Shown piece after piece: positions 1 to 10,012 of a DNA stretch of 64,000 nt. Made by a program: the position numbers and the translations under genes. Source of the DNA: an uncultured Halomonas sp. GTDB taxonomy: Bacteria > Pseudomonadota > Gammaproteobacteria > Xanthomonadales > Wenzhouxiangellaceae. Every line of letters begins with the position of its first letter. Positions within the stretch are counted from its first letter, which is position 1. The DNA lies in assembly GCA_964415285.1 (NCBI GenBank), contig CAYPZP010000002.1, positions 11,595 to 75,594 of the forward strand, written 5' to 3'. Under the pieces are notes generated by a model, which worked only from the letters and a program-made list of their open reading frames with translations, ran no database searches and had not been told where the DNA came from.

Positions 1-1
1 C

Positions 2-826
2 GGCATCGAACGCCTCGAGCGTTCCGCGCGCCGTCCACAGGCAGTTGTACGGCACTTCGCCGACCGGGTGATTCTGCGGGAACTGGTCCTGGGCGTAGTC
101 CACCGAGCCTTGGGAACCGGCGACCAGGAACATGTCGAGCAGATAGATGTCGTCCGGCGACGGGTTGGCCAGATCGATGCCCATGTAGGCAGCGATCGCG
201 TCGCGACGGGCCGGGTCGCTGGCTTCCAGCGCGTAGTTCGGCTCGCCGCCGTCGCAGTAACGGCTGAACCATGCGGCCAGCACGTAGTCGCCTTCGGTCG
301 CGTGGACCACGCTGATCACGTCGCCCGGATAGTTGATGCCGTCGTCGGCATACAGCGGCACGTCGGGCCGATCGAAATCGGCCGAACTGAGGTCCGCGGA
401 TTCGGACAGGTTGGTTTCCTTCCAGGTCAGGCCGTCGTCGTAGGTCACCGAGATGAATGCATCGCGCTTGCCGTGGCCGGCGAACCCGATGCCCTCGATT
501 TCCGTTTCGTCGACCTTGCCGTAGGTGAATGCGCCAATCTGCGGACGCGCATTGCTGTAGGTCTCGACCTGCACGCCGTCGATGTTGTAGCGCGGCACGT
601 CGGTGATCACGGTGCCGTCGATGCGTTGCGCCGGTATGTAGCGATCGAAGATCGCCAGCGCGGCATGGCCCGCATGCTGACCGGCCGGCAGGCCGTCGCT
701 CATCGAGCGCTCGAAGCGCGACCCGGGTGTGCCGATCTGGTTGGCACCGTCGTCGCCGAACGCCGGCGGTGCCAGAAGGCTCACCGCAAGCAGTGTGAAA
801 ATCAGCTTTCCGCTTCTCATGCTCAT
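2..826 (-). CDS. Secreted protein, choice-of-anchor-O-like (N-terminal part; continues past the window start)
   Basis: Not in the ORF track; translated by hand: MSMRSGKLIFTLLAVSLLAPPAFG (signal peptide) ... GHGKRDAFISVTYDDGLTWKETNLSESAD ... WFSRYCDGG ... EVPYNCLWTARG. GGGAGAG RBS upstream; the frame stays open to the window edge. Shares motifs with 33358..35121. Confidence 0.75.
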   Translation of the reverse strand, partial: MSMRSGKLIFTLLAVSLLAPPAFGDDGANQIGTPGSRFERSMSDGLPAGQHAGHAALAIFDRYIPAQRIDGTVITDVPRYNIDGVQVETYSNARPQIGAFTYGKVDETEIEGIGFAGHGKRDAFISVTYDDGLTWKETNLSESADLSSADFDRPDVPLYADDGINYPGDVISVVHATEGDYVLAAWFSRYCDGGEPNYALEASDPARRDAIAAYMGIDLANPSPDDIYLLDMFLVAGSQGSVDYAQDQFPQNHPVGEVPYNCLWTARGTLEAFDA

Positions 827-978
827 GGACTTCTCTCCCGTAGATGTCGTGGTCCGAGCGGCGCCGGCCTGCGAGCGGAAGTCGAGCGCATGCGTTGCGG
901 GAAGCACCGCGCCCCGACCCCTCCGACAAACCCGGTCCGGGTGTTACATGCGTCTTATCTCATATTTCCCGCCGGCCG

Positions 979-998
979 ATCGTGACCTGGATCATGAT
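979..998. promoter_or_regulatory. CRP/Clp-like operator, copy 1 (ATCGTGACCTGGATCATGAT)
   Basis: Near-palindrome resembling TGTGA-N6-TCACA in the divergent intergenic region; the same motif recurs at four other intergenic sites. Confidence 0.6.
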
Positions 999-1108
999 TG
1001 GCGCGCGTTTTTTTCGCGCAGCGTCGCCCGATCGACGGGCGGCCGGCCGAATGCCGCCGGAACCCGTCGTTCTCGTGAACTGAGAATGGATGTGCGCATA
1101 ATGCGTAC

Positions 1109-3730
1109 ATGGCAAGGGAACAACCCCTCACCCTCGCACCCACCGCCCGACTGGCGCGCGCCGAGCGCCGGCGCCGGGCCGAAGCGAGACGCGCGGCCGG
1201 CGAAACAGCGTGGACCGCCGAGCCGGTGCTGACGCTTTCGGCCTGGATCGGGCAATTGCGTGATCAGGCCGTGATCGGCGGCGCCGTCGATGCGGTGCCG
1301 ATCGCCGGACTGCAGGCACGCGCACTGTGGGAACAGGCCATCGACCGCCAGATCTTCGTCGGCGAACCGCGCGTCGCCGAGCTGGCCGAACGCGCCTGGC
1401 GCGCGCTCCATGAATACCGCCTTGAGCCGCCCGAGCGCTGGCCGGAGTTGATACTGAGCGAGGACGCCCGCGCTTTTCGCCAGTGGGCCGGGCGCTATCG
1501 GGCGTTGTGCGAACAGCGCGGCGTCATCGACGAATGGCGCTTCGCCGCCCGCTTGCCGGAACTCATCGCGTCCGGCGCGATCGAGATCCCCCGGCGGATC
1601 GAAATGGTCGGACGCGAGCTTCCGCCCACGCCGCTGGAGGCCACGCTGTTCGAGGCACTCGAATCGGCCGGATGCGAGATCAGCGGTACCGGCGTTCCCA
1701 AACCCGATCCGGCATCCGGGCCGGTTTCCCTGGACGCGTTTTCCGATCCCGGGGAGGAACTCGAGGCTGCTGCGGCCTGGGCGCGCCGAAAGCTGGAGGC
1801 CGATCCGGAAACGACCGTCGGAATCGTCGTGCCCGACCTCGGCAACCGGCTCGAAGCCGTCGACCGGATTTTCCGACGCGTGTTCGATCCGCCTGCGTTC
1901 GCGCTGACCGAGGCCGCGGCCGAAGCCTGGCACGTCTCGCTGGGCCCGGCGCTGAGCGCATGGCCGCTGATCGCCGACGCGCTGGTGCTGCTGCAGCTCG
2001 ACCCGCAGCGACTCACGCAGGCGCACGCCAATCGCCTGCTGGGCTCGCCGTGGCTGGCCGGCTGGAGCGTCAACGGCAAGGCCCGGGCCGAGGCGGTGCG
2101 CCGCCTGATGGACCGCGCTCCTTACGAGATCACCGCGACCGAATGGGCGCGCGAATCCGAAACCGTCGGTGCATCCGACATCGCGCTGCGGATCCGGCAA
2201 TGGCAGGCGCTGCGGGCCGACCACCGCCAGCCGACTCGCCCGTCGGACTGGGTTGCCCGCTTCCAGGCCGAGCTCGAAACGCTGGGATTCGGACGCGGGC
2301 GCGGCCTGAACAGTCGTGAATACCAGGCGCTGAACCGCTGGCACGAACTGCTGGAGTCGTATGCAGCGCTCGACGTCGTTGCCGACGCCGGGATCTCGCG
2401 CGGTCGCGCGTTGTCGCTGCTGGCCGAGCGGGCCGGCACGACCCGCTTCCGCGAACGCGACCCCGGCTGCCCGGTCGAGGTACTGGGCGTGGAAGAAGCC
2501 CTGGGCTCGCGCTTCGACGCGCTCTGGATCACGACGCTGGACCACGAAACCTGGCCCAAACCGGCACGTCGGGACCCGTTGATTCCGGCATCGGTCCAGG
2601 CCGGCGTGCCGGCCAGCACCGCCGATGGCCGGCTGGCGCGCGCGCGCGCCGAGCTGGCCGGTCTGCTGCGCAGCGCGCCGGAGGTTCGCGGCAGCCTGTC
2701 GATCGGCAGCGACGAGCAGCCGCGCGAACCGACGCCGCTGCTGCCGGGTATCGAGCGCGTCGAAATCCAGCCGCCTGCCGAACCCGAAACGGTGGACCTG
2801 GAAATCATCGAACGGGATGTCCGCGCGCCGGCGCTCGACGCGCCCGGCGCGGGCGGCGGCACCGGCGTGCTACGCGACCAGTCGGCCTGCCCGTTCCGCG
2901 CGTTCGCCGCCCGTCGCCTTGGCGCAGCGCATCCGCAACCACCCCGCCCCGGACTGGACGCCGCGGCGCGCGGCAGCCTGATCCACCGGGCGCTGGAGTT
3001 GTTCTGGGACCGGCTGGACGGACGCGCCGACCTGCTGGCCCTGGGCGAGACCGACCTGGAAGCACGGACCCGCTCGGCGGCCGAATCGGCGATCGACGAA
3101 TTCATCCGCCCCTATCGCCATCGGCTCGGCGCCGGTGCGCGAGTGCTGGAACAGCGCTGCACCGCGCGCGCGCTGGCGCGCTGGCTGGCGATCGAGCGCC
3201 GGCGCGGCGACTTTCGCGTGATCGATCGGGAACTCGCCGTCGAGATGCAGTTCGGACCGCTGCGGTTGACCGGCAAGATCGACCGCATCGACGAAACCGC
3301 GGCCGGCACCGTGCTGCTCGACTACAAGACCGGCCGGGCTGGCAAGAGCGGCTGGACGCCCGATCCACGGATGACCGATCCGCAGCTGCCGGCTTATGCG
3401 CTGGCGCTGGACTCGCCGCCGGCCGGCCTGGCGTTCGCGCGGCTGGCGCCGGACGCGATGGCGTTCGACGGTCTGGCCGAAACCGATCCGGAAATGCCCG
3501 GTGTCGCCGTGCTGTCGCAGGCAAAGCGCGGGTGGAAGGATTTCGACGACTGGGCGGCGTTGCTGGGCGCCTGGCGCCGCCGGCTCGAAGCGCTGGCCGG
3601 TGGATTCGTCGATGGCCGCGCCGAGGTCGACCCGCGCGATCTCCAGGTTTGCCGGAACTGCGGTCTGCACGCGCTGTGCCGGATCGACGAACGCCAGCCG
3701 GTCGGGCGCTGGCTGGAGGACGGCGAATGA
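1109..3730 (+). CDS. addB: AddB-like PD-(D/E)XK nuclease subunit of an ATP-dependent helicase/nuclease
   Basis: C-terminal RecB-family nuclease motif GKIDRID...LLDYKTG; Fe-S staple cysteines (SACPF ... CRNC..LC); ATGA overlap with the downstream helicase. Confidence 0.85.
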   Translation: MAREQPLTLAPTARLARAERRRRAEARRAAGETAWTAEPVLTLSAWIGQLRDQAVIGGAVDAVPIAGLQARALWEQAIDRQIFVGEPRVAELAERAWRALHEYRLEPPERWPELILSEDARAFRQWAGRYRALCEQRGVIDEWRFAARLPELIASGAIEIPRRIEMVGRELPPTPLEATLFEALESAGCEISGTGVPKPDPASGPVSLDAFSDPGEELEAAAAWARRKLEADPETTVGIVVPDLGNRLEAVDRIFRRVFDPPAFALTEAAAEAWHVSLGPALSAWPLIADALVLLQLDPQRLTQAHANRLLGSPWLAGWSVNGKARAEAVRRLMDRAPYEITATEWARESETVGASDIALRIRQWQALRADHRQPTRPSDWVARFQAELETLGFGRGRGLNSREYQALNRWHELLESYAALDVVADAGISRGRALSLLAERAGTTRFRERDPGCPVEVLGVEEALGSRFDALWITTLDHETWPKPARRDPLIPASVQAGVPASTADGRLARARAELAGLLRSAPEVRGSLSIGSDEQPREPTPLLPGIERVEIQPPAEPETVDLEIIERDVRAPALDAPGAGGGTGVLRDQSACPFRAFAARRLGAAHPQPPRPGLDAAARGSLIHRALELFWDRLDGRADLLALGETDLEARTRSAAESAIDEFIRPYRHRLGAGARVLEQRCTARALARWLAIERRRGDFRVIDRELAVEMQFGPLRLTGKIDRIDETAAGTVLLDYKTGRAGKSGWTPDPRMTDPQLPAYALALDSPPAGLAFARLAPDAMAFDGLAETDPEMPGVAVLSQAKRGWKDFDDWAALLGAWRRRLEALAGGFVDGRAEVDPRDLQVCRNCGLHALCRIDERQPVGRWLEDGE

Positions 3731-6700
3731 GCGATACCCGCCAACGCCGCGCCGCGGTCGAGCCCCGGCGATCGGTCATCGTCCAGGCGCCGGCTGGCTC
3801 GGGCAAGACCAGCCTGCTGGTCGAGCGCTTCATCGCGTTGCTCGGGGTCGTCGACGAGCCCGAGGAAGTCCTGGCCATCACCTTCACGCGCAAGGCCGCG
3901 GCCGAAATGCGTGAACGCGTGCTGGCGCTGCTGGAACCCGCCGCGATGTCGGACAAGGCGCACGAACAAGCGGCGCTGGACAAGGCCCGCGCGATCCGGG
4001 CGCGCGTCGAGCAGTGGAACCTGGCGGCCAATCCGCAGCGCCTGATGATTCGGACCATCGACAGCTTCAGCCACTACCTGGCGCGCACGATGCCGGTGGC
4101 CAGCCGCCTCGGCCCGGTGCCGGCGCCGGCCGACAACACCACCGCGCTGTATCGACGCGCGGCGCGCCGGGTACTCGAGGCGATCGACAACGACGAGCGT
4201 TCCGAAGACCTGGCGCGGCTGCTGATGTGGCGCGACCACCGCACGCGCGACATCGAGGACCTGCTGGTCTCGCTGCTGGCCAGGCGCGAGCAGTGGCTGC
4301 GTGCGCTGGGCGTGACCGGGACGCCGGAGCGCCAAAGCCTGGAAGCCGTGCTCGCCGCGCTTGTCGTCGATCGCCTCGAGGCCGCCCGGGCCGCGCTGGA
4401 CGACGCCCTGGCCCAAGCCGGCTGCACGCCCGAAACACTGGTCGGGCTGGCCCGTTTCGCCGCCGACACGCTGGCCGCCGAAGGTCGCGAATCGCCGCTG
4501 GCCGGATGGGCTGGAGGCGACCGCCTGCCCGAAGCGGTGCCGGAGCAGCTGCCGCGCTGGCGGGCGCTGGCAGAGCTGCTGCTGACGAAGGCCGGGGCAG
4601 CGCGCAAATCGGTTTCGATCGCGACCGGATTTCCGCCAAAGTCCGGAGAAAAGGCCGGCATGGAGCAGCTGCTCACCTTGCTGGCCGGCGATGAAGCGCT
4701 GGCCGAGACGCTGCATCGGGCCCGCAATCTGCCGGCACCGCGCTACGGTGAAGACGAATGGCGCGTGCTCGAAGCGCTGGTGCGCATCCTCGAGCGCGCC
4801 GCCGCCGAGCTCCAGCTGGTATTCGCCGAAACCGGCCAGACCGATTTCACCGGGCTTTCGGCGGCCGCGCTGCAAGGACTCGGCGACGAGGAATCCGGTT
4901 TCACCGACCTCGGGCTGTACCTCGACCGCCGCATCCGGCACGTGCTGGTCGACGAGTACCAGGACACCAACTGGGCGCAGTTCCATCTGCTCGAGAAGCT
5001 CACCCACGGCTGGGAACGCGGCGACGGTCGCACGCTGTTCGTCGTCGGCGACCCGATGCAGTCGATCTACCGCTTTCGCGAAGCCGAGGTCGGGCTGTTC
5101 ATCCGGACCCGCGACGAGGGACTGTCGGGCCTGGCGCTGGAGCCGCTGGCGCTGAGCCGCAACTTCCGCGCCCGCGCCGAACTGGTCGACTGGGTCAACG
5201 CCATACTCGGACCCGCGTTTCCGGCCGACGAGAACATCGCCGCCGGCGCGGTGCGCTACGCGCCGTGCGAAGCCGGTCGGGGGCGCGGTGGATGCGTCGA
5301 TCTCATCGCCCGGTCCGATTCGATCGCCGAAGCCGACGCGCTGGCCGAGACGATTGCCGACGCGCTGGCCGATCATCGCGACGACCCGGACTGGCGCGCG
5401 GCGATCATCGTGCGCGCGCGCAGCCACCTGACCGACCTGCTGCCGGCGCTGAAGGCACGCGGTGTGCCGTCGCGCGCGGTCAAGCTCGACCCGCTGCTGT
5501 CGCGACCCGTCGTGCTGGACCTGCTGGCGATCACGCGCGCGATCCTGCTGCCGGCTGATCGCGCCGCGCTGCTGGCCGTGTTGCGCTCGCCGGTCGCCGG
5601 GCTGACGCTGGACGAGCTCGCGCGACTTGCCGGCGACGGCAAGGACCCGGCCGCGCCGGGCGCGCTGGAGCGACTCGGCAACGACGGCCGGGCGCGCGCC
5701 GAACGGGTGTTCGCGGCGCTGGCCGATGCACGCAGCGCGGCCGGCCGCCGTTCGCTGCGCGCACGCGTCGAGGGCGCCTGGCACCGGCTCGGCGGCCCGC
5801 ACTGCCTGAGCGCGCCGGAGACGGGACTGCGCGACGCCGAGCGTCTGCTCACGACGCTGGCCGAAGCCGAGGATCAGGGTCTGATCGACGATCTCAACGA
5901 TCTCGACGAACTGCTCGCCGGCGAGTACACCGAGGGCGATCCGAAGACCGGTGACGTGCGCCTGGAGATCCTGACCATGCACGGCGCCAAGGGACTGGAG
6001 TGGGACCTGGTCGCGATTCCGGGCCTGGACCGGGGCACGCGCGGACCCGACCGCGACCTGCTCTACTGGCTGCCGTTCACGCCAAAGGAAGGCGGCGAGC
6101 AGGTGCTGCTGGCGCCGCTGCGCGCCGCCGAGCAGTCCGAAAACCCGCCGCTGATCGAACTCATCCGCGACGAACAGAAGCGCCGCGACGCCTACGAGCA
6201 CCAGCGCCTGCTCTACGTCGCAGCCACCCGGGCCCGGGAGCGGCTGGTGCTGAGCGCCGCGCTGGACCCGGAAAGGCCGGAACCGGCGCGCGGCAGCCTG
6301 CTGGAGATCCTGTGGCCGCAGGCGGCGGGCGCGTTTCGCGAATCGCTGCAGCACGCCGAATCGCTGTCGGGCGCATTCGTCGATAAAGCCACGGCGCCGG
6401 ACCCGGCCTTGCGGCGGATCCCGTCCGGCTGGCACCCACCGATCGGCGAACGCCTGGCCTGGTCGCCGAAGCTGCCGCCGCGCGAGCACGAGATCGAAAT
6501 CGAGTTCAACTGGGCCGGGGCCCAGGCGCGACGCACCGGCACCGTCATCCACCGGATGCTCGAACGCGTCGGCCGGATCGGCATCGAGCGGTTCGATGAT
6601 GACGAGCGCGAGCAGCTGACCCGGCGCATTCCGACGCTGCTGCAGGCGCTGGGCACCGGCGCCGACCAGCTCGATCGCGCCGTCGCCGTGGTCCGCGATG

Positions 6701-7047
6701 CGTTCGACCGCACGCTGGACAGCGAAACCGGTCGCTGGATCCTGAGCGGCGAACACGACGCGGCCGCCTGTGAACTGCCGCTGACCGGCATCGTCGACGG
6801 CGAACTGGTCAACGCGGTCATCGACCGGACCTTCGTCGATGCCCACGGCACGCGCTGGATCATCGACTACAAGTCCGGCCACCATGAAGGCGGCGACCTT
6901 GAGGGCTTCCTGGCCGAGGAGGTCGCGCGCTACGAAACCCAGCTCGGGCGCTATCGCCACTTGTTCGAAACAATGGGCGAAACCGGGATCCGGACCGCGC
7001 TGTACCTGCCGCGCCATGGCGAGCTGCGCGAGGTGGATACGGCATAG
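3727..7047 (+). CDS. addA: AddA/RecB-like UvrD helicase-nuclease
   Basis: Walker A APAGSGKT, TFTRKAAAEM, VDEYQD, VGDPMQSIYRFR, TMHGAKGLE, YVAATRA and a C-terminal IDR...IIDYKS nuclease. True start is the ATG at 3727 overlapping the addB stop. Confidence 0.92.
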   Translation: MSDTRQRRAAVEPRRSVIVQAPAGSGKTSLLVERFIALLGVVDEPEEVLAITFTRKAAAEMRERVLALLEPAAMSDKAHEQAALDKARAIRARVEQWNLAANPQRLMIRTIDSFSHYLARTMPVASRLGPVPAPADNTTALYRRAARRVLEAIDNDERSEDLARLLMWRDHRTRDIEDLLVSLLARREQWLRALGVTGTPERQSLEAVLAALVVDRLEAARAALDDALAQAGCTPETLVGLARFAADTLAAEGRESPLAGWAGGDRLPEAVPEQLPRWRALAELLLTKAGAARKSVSIATGFPPKSGEKAGMEQLLTLLAGDEALAETLHRARNLPAPRYGEDEWRVLEALVRILERAAAELQLVFAETGQTDFTGLSAAALQGLGDEESGFTDLGLYLDRRIRHVLVDEYQDTNWAQFHLLEKLTHGWERGDGRTLFVVGDPMQSIYRFREAEVGLFIRTRDEGLSGLALEPLALSRNFRARAELVDWVNAILGPAFPADENIAAGAVRYAPCEAGRGRGGCVDLIARSDSIAEADALAETIADALADHRDDPDWRAAIIVRARSHLTDLLPALKARGVPSRAVKLDPLLSRPVVLDLLAITRAILLPADRAALLAVLRSPVAGLTLDELARLAGDGKDPAAPGALERLGNDGRARAERVFAALADARSAAGRRSLRARVEGAWHRLGGPHCLSAPETGLRDAERLLTTLAEAEDQGLIDDLNDLDELLAGEYTEGDPKTGDVRLEILTMHGAKGLEWDLVAIPGLDRGTRGPDRDLLYWLPFTPKEGGEQVLLAPLRAAEQSENPPLIELIRDEQKRRDAYEHQRLLYVAATRARERLVLSAALDPERPEPARGSLLEILWPQAAGAFRESLQHAESLSGAFVDKATAPDPALRRIPSGWHPPIGERLAWSPKLPPREHEIEIEFNWAGAQARRTGTVIHRMLERVGRIGIERFDDDEREQLTRRIPTLLQALGTGADQLDRAVAVVRDAFDRTLDSETGRWILSGEHDAAACELPLTGIVDGELVNAVIDRTFVDAHGTRWIIDYKSGHHEGGDLEGFLAEEVARYETQLGRYRHLFETMGETGIRTALYLPRHGELREVDTA

Positions 7048-7140
7048 AGACTGCGCGGCGCGGCACAGCCTCCTTGATTTCCCGTCCAAACGGCGACCCG
7101 GCCTGGCACTGCAGGTTCGGCCGGCGCGATACCGTTCGGT

Positions 7141-7185
7141 TTCATGATCCAGGTCGGGTCGCGCGCTGGGCGCCGGTTGTACATT
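7141..7185 (+). promoter_or_regulatory. CRP/Clp-like site, copy 2 (degenerate), plus -10 TACATT
   Basis: CATGA-TCCAGG-TCGGG centred at 7150.5; TACATT at 7180-7185 gives class II (-41.5) geometry. Confidence 0.5.
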
Positions 7186-7220
7186 GGCAGGGTCTCGAAC
7201 CGTTGCACGGAGATGCCGAC

Positions 7221-7712
7221 ATGAAACTGGGATTCCTCGGAAGCATTCTGATCGCGGCCGTGTTGGGCCTGCAAGGCTGCGCGACCACCGGGCCGCGCGA
7301 GCAGAGCGGCATGTTGATCGGCGGCACGCTGGGCGCGCTGGTCGGTGCGACCACCAGCTACTCGCGCCGCCGCGACTGGTACCACGGCGGCGATGGCTAC
7401 AGTACCGCGGCAATCGTCATCGGCGCGCTGGCCGGCGCCGCGATCGGCGGCGCGATCGGACGGCACATGGACGAAATGGATCGCCAGTACGCCGGCTATG
7501 CGCTGGAAAACGTGCGCACCGGCGTGCCCTCGACCTGGCGCAATCCCGACACCGGCTACGAATACGAGATCACACCGACCGAAACCTACGAAACGCAGGC
7601 CGGGCCGTGCCGCGAATACGTGCTCGAAGCGATGATCGGCGGCCGCCAGGAAATGATCTACGGCACCGCCTGCCGCCAGCCCGACGGCAGCTGGAAGATG
7701 CAGGTCGACTGA
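7221..7712 (+). CDS. Glycine-zipper outer-membrane lipoprotein (17-kDa surface antigen-like)
   Basis: Lipobox LQGC, GGTLGALVG/GALAGAAIGGAIG zipper, WRNPDTG, CREY...GTACRQPDGSW; GGAG RBS. Confidence 0.88.
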   Translation: MKLGFLGSILIAAVLGLQGCATTGPREQSGMLIGGTLGALVGATTSYSRRRDWYHGGDGYSTAAIVIGALAGAAIGGAIGRHMDEMDRQYAGYALENVRTGVPSTWRNPDTGYEYEITPTETYETQAGPCREYVLEAMIGGRQEMIYGTACRQPDGSWKMQVD

Positions 7713-7751
7713 ACCGAAATCCGCTACGCTGGTTGCCTTGATCAGCGAAGG

Positions 7752-8198
7752 GTGGAACCAGTGGACGAATTCCTGCAGGCCGCGGTCGACGAAGCGCTGC
7801 GCGGACGCGACGAAGGCGGCATCCCGATCGGATCGGTGCTGGTCCACCGCGGCCGCATCATCGGACGCGGCCACAACCGTCGAATCCAGCAGGGCAGCGT
7901 GGTACTGCACGGCGAGATGGACGCGCTGGAGAACGCCGGGCGGCAAGCGGCGCGCGTCTATCGCGAGTCCACGCTGTACACGACGCTGTCGCCGTGCCCG
8001 ATGTGCAGTGGCGCGATCCTGCTCTACGGCATTCCGCGCGTCGTCATCGGCGACAACCGCTCGTTCATGGGCGAGGAATCGCTGCTGGCCGAGCGCGGCG
8101 TCGAGGTCGTACACGCCGAAAGCGCCGAGTGCCGCAGACTCATGCAGGACTTCGTTCGCGCCCATCCCGATGCATGGGCCGAGGATATCGGCGAATGA
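7752..8198 (+). CDS. Zn-dependent cytosine/nucleoside deaminase
   Basis: HGE and PCPMC motifs, GGIPIG N-terminus (yeast-type cytosine deaminase family). Confidence 0.9.
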   Translation: MEPVDEFLQAAVDEALRGRDEGGIPIGSVLVHRGRIIGRGHNRRIQQGSVVLHGEMDALENAGRQAARVYRESTLYTTLSPCPMCSGAILLYGIPRVVIGDNRSFMGEESLLAERGVEVVHAESAECRRLMQDFVRAHPDAWAEDIGE

Positions 8199-8329
8199 TC
8201 CGGATCCCGGCAGCGACGACGCCTCCTGAATCCTGCGGACGGGTGACATCATGCGCCAGCATATCAGCGTGATTGTGGTAGCTTGTCGAGCGCGCCGGGC
8301 GCTCTTGCGGCGTCAGCGCGGATAACCTG

Positions 8330-9415
8330 ATGAGCTTCGAAATCTATCTTGAGTGCGTCGACCGGGAACAGGGTCATTCCCGTCGCTTCGACGTGCTGCA
8401 TTTCCCCGCACGCATCGGCCGCTATCCGGATTGCGAAGTGCATCTGGAAAGCAGGAGAATCTCTCGCCGGCACGCCGAACTGCGGCGCGACGAGCGCGGC
8501 GACCTGGAAATTCGCGACCTCGACAGCACCAACGGAACCTACGTCAACGGCGAGCAAATTGCCGAACCGACGCTGCTGTTCGACGGCGACGTGCTCCACA
8601 TCGGGGACCGCGAATTTCGCGTCGTCCAGAAGCGCACGGCCGGCGCATCCAGCGGCAGGTCGAAGACGCAGATCGGCATCGGCACGCTGCCCAACCGGTT
8701 CCCGGTGACCGTGCGCGAGTTCAACGAATTGCTGGAACGCGACCTGGTGACCGCCTATCGCCAGGCCATCGTCGATCACGAAGGCCGGATCGTGGCCTGC
8801 GAGTTGCTGGGGCGCGGGGTCCATCCGTCCCTGGCCGGCGCGCCCGGGCCGCTGTTTCAGCTGGCCCGAACGCTGGGGCGCGAGATCGCACTCAGCGAGC
8901 TGATGCGCCGGCACGCGTTTGCGCTGGCCGAATCCGATGAGCACGAAGGCCCCTGGTTCTTCAATATCCATCCACACGAAATGCGCGATCCGGAACGCCT
9001 GCTCACCGGACTGCGCGATCTGCGCCGGTGCCACCCCGCGCTGGCGCTGGTTCTGGAAGTCCACGAAACCGCGGTCACCGACAAGACCAGCGTCGCCTCG
9101 CTGCGCCGCGAGCTGCGGGCAATGGAGATCGCGCTGGCCTACGACGATTTCGGTGCCGGCCAGGCGCGCCTGCAGGAACTCATCGAGGTGCCGCCCGACT
9201 ACCTCAAGTTCGACATCAGCCTGATTCGCGGCATCACCGAAGCGGGCTCGGCCCGGCGGCGAATGCTGGAGTCGCTGAACGGGATGATCCGCGATCTCGG
9301 CATTCCCACGCTCGCCGAGGGCATCGAGGACGCCCGTACGGCGGAAATCTGTCGCGAGATCGGCATCGATCTGCTGCAGGGATATTACTGCGGCCGACCC
9401 GAACCGCTCGAGTAG
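8330..9415 (+). CDS. FHA-EAL c-di-GMP phosphodiesterase
   Basis: FHA motifs IGR, ISRRH, DLDSTNGTYVN; EAL motifs ELLGR, FFNI, LEVHE, YDDFGAG, LKFD, AEGIE, QGYY. Confidence 0.9.
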   Translation: MSFEIYLECVDREQGHSRRFDVLHFPARIGRYPDCEVHLESRRISRRHAELRRDERGDLEIRDLDSTNGTYVNGEQIAEPTLLFDGDVLHIGDREFRVVQKRTAGASSGRSKTQIGIGTLPNRFPVTVREFNELLERDLVTAYRQAIVDHEGRIVACELLGRGVHPSLAGAPGPLFQLARTLGREIALSELMRRHAFALAESDEHEGPWFFNIHPHEMRDPERLLTGLRDLRRCHPALALVLEVHETAVTDKTSVASLRRELRAMEIALAYDDFGAGQARLQELIEVPPDYLKFDISLIRGITEAGSARRRMLESLNGMIRDLGIPTLAEGIEDARTAEICREIGIDLLQGYYCGRPEPLE

Positions 9416-9448
9416 CCCGGCGGTCGGGGTCCGGCGAACCGGCCGGCT

Positions 9449-9931
9449 CTACCAACCGCGCGTGCCCGGGCCGCCCTTGAACGGGCCTCGTACCCAGCGC
9501 GTGACCCAGCCGCCGTAGAAATCGCCGTCCTGCGGCTGCACCTGCTCGCCGGCGACGTAGCAGGCATCCACCCTGCGCGCGTAGAACGAAACGCAGTCCC
9601 GGATCGCCTCGTCGATCGGTTCGGGATACGCCCAGCACGCATCGTCGATCCGTCCGCCATCGCTTCGGAGATGCCAGTAGCGCGCCCGGCCCTTCCATTC
9701 GCAGAAGGTCTTCGATGAACTGGCTTCGAGCCGGTCGAAGTCGACGTCTTCAGGCGGAAAGTAGAAACACGGCGGATGCGAGGTCTCGAGCGCGCGCACG
9801 CCGCGACGCGTCTCGGCCAGCGTGCGGCCGTCGTGCACAACCTTGAGCGGCCAGTCGATACGCTCGATCCGGGGCGGCCTCGGATAGTCCCAGACGGACT
9901 CGCTGACGGGAATCGGGGTCTTGTATTGCAT
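9449..9931 (-). CDS. DUF427-family protein
   Basis: ESVWDYPRPP, LETSHPP.FYFP, CEWKG.A.Y, FYGGW...GPFKG motifs. Confidence 0.85.
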   Translation of the reverse strand: MQYKTPIPVSESVWDYPRPPRIERIDWPLKVVHDGRTLAETRRGVRALETSHPPCFYFPPEDVDFDRLEASSSKTFCEWKGRARYWHLRSDGGRIDDACWAYPEPIDEAIRDCVSFYARRVDACYVAGEQVQPQDGDFYGGWVTRWVRGPFKGGPGTRGW

Positions 9932-10012
9932 GGCGATACGATATCCAGCCGAGCGTCACGCGCCGATGAAGGCGCGCCGGGACACCCGGCCGCCGATCCG
10001 CCGCAAGCCGGC

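Noticed and set aside
3394-7413. 1339-aa minus-strand ORF (likewise 28331..31303, 57604..59982, 9776..12046, 68..985)
   Set aside because: Antisense shadows of genuine genes in high-GC DNA; no recognisable motifs.
1109-8198. Anti-phage helicase/nuclease/deaminase defence island
   Set aside because: The motifs fit housekeeping AddAB and a cytosine deaminase, separated by an independently promoted lipoprotein gene; no defence-island context.
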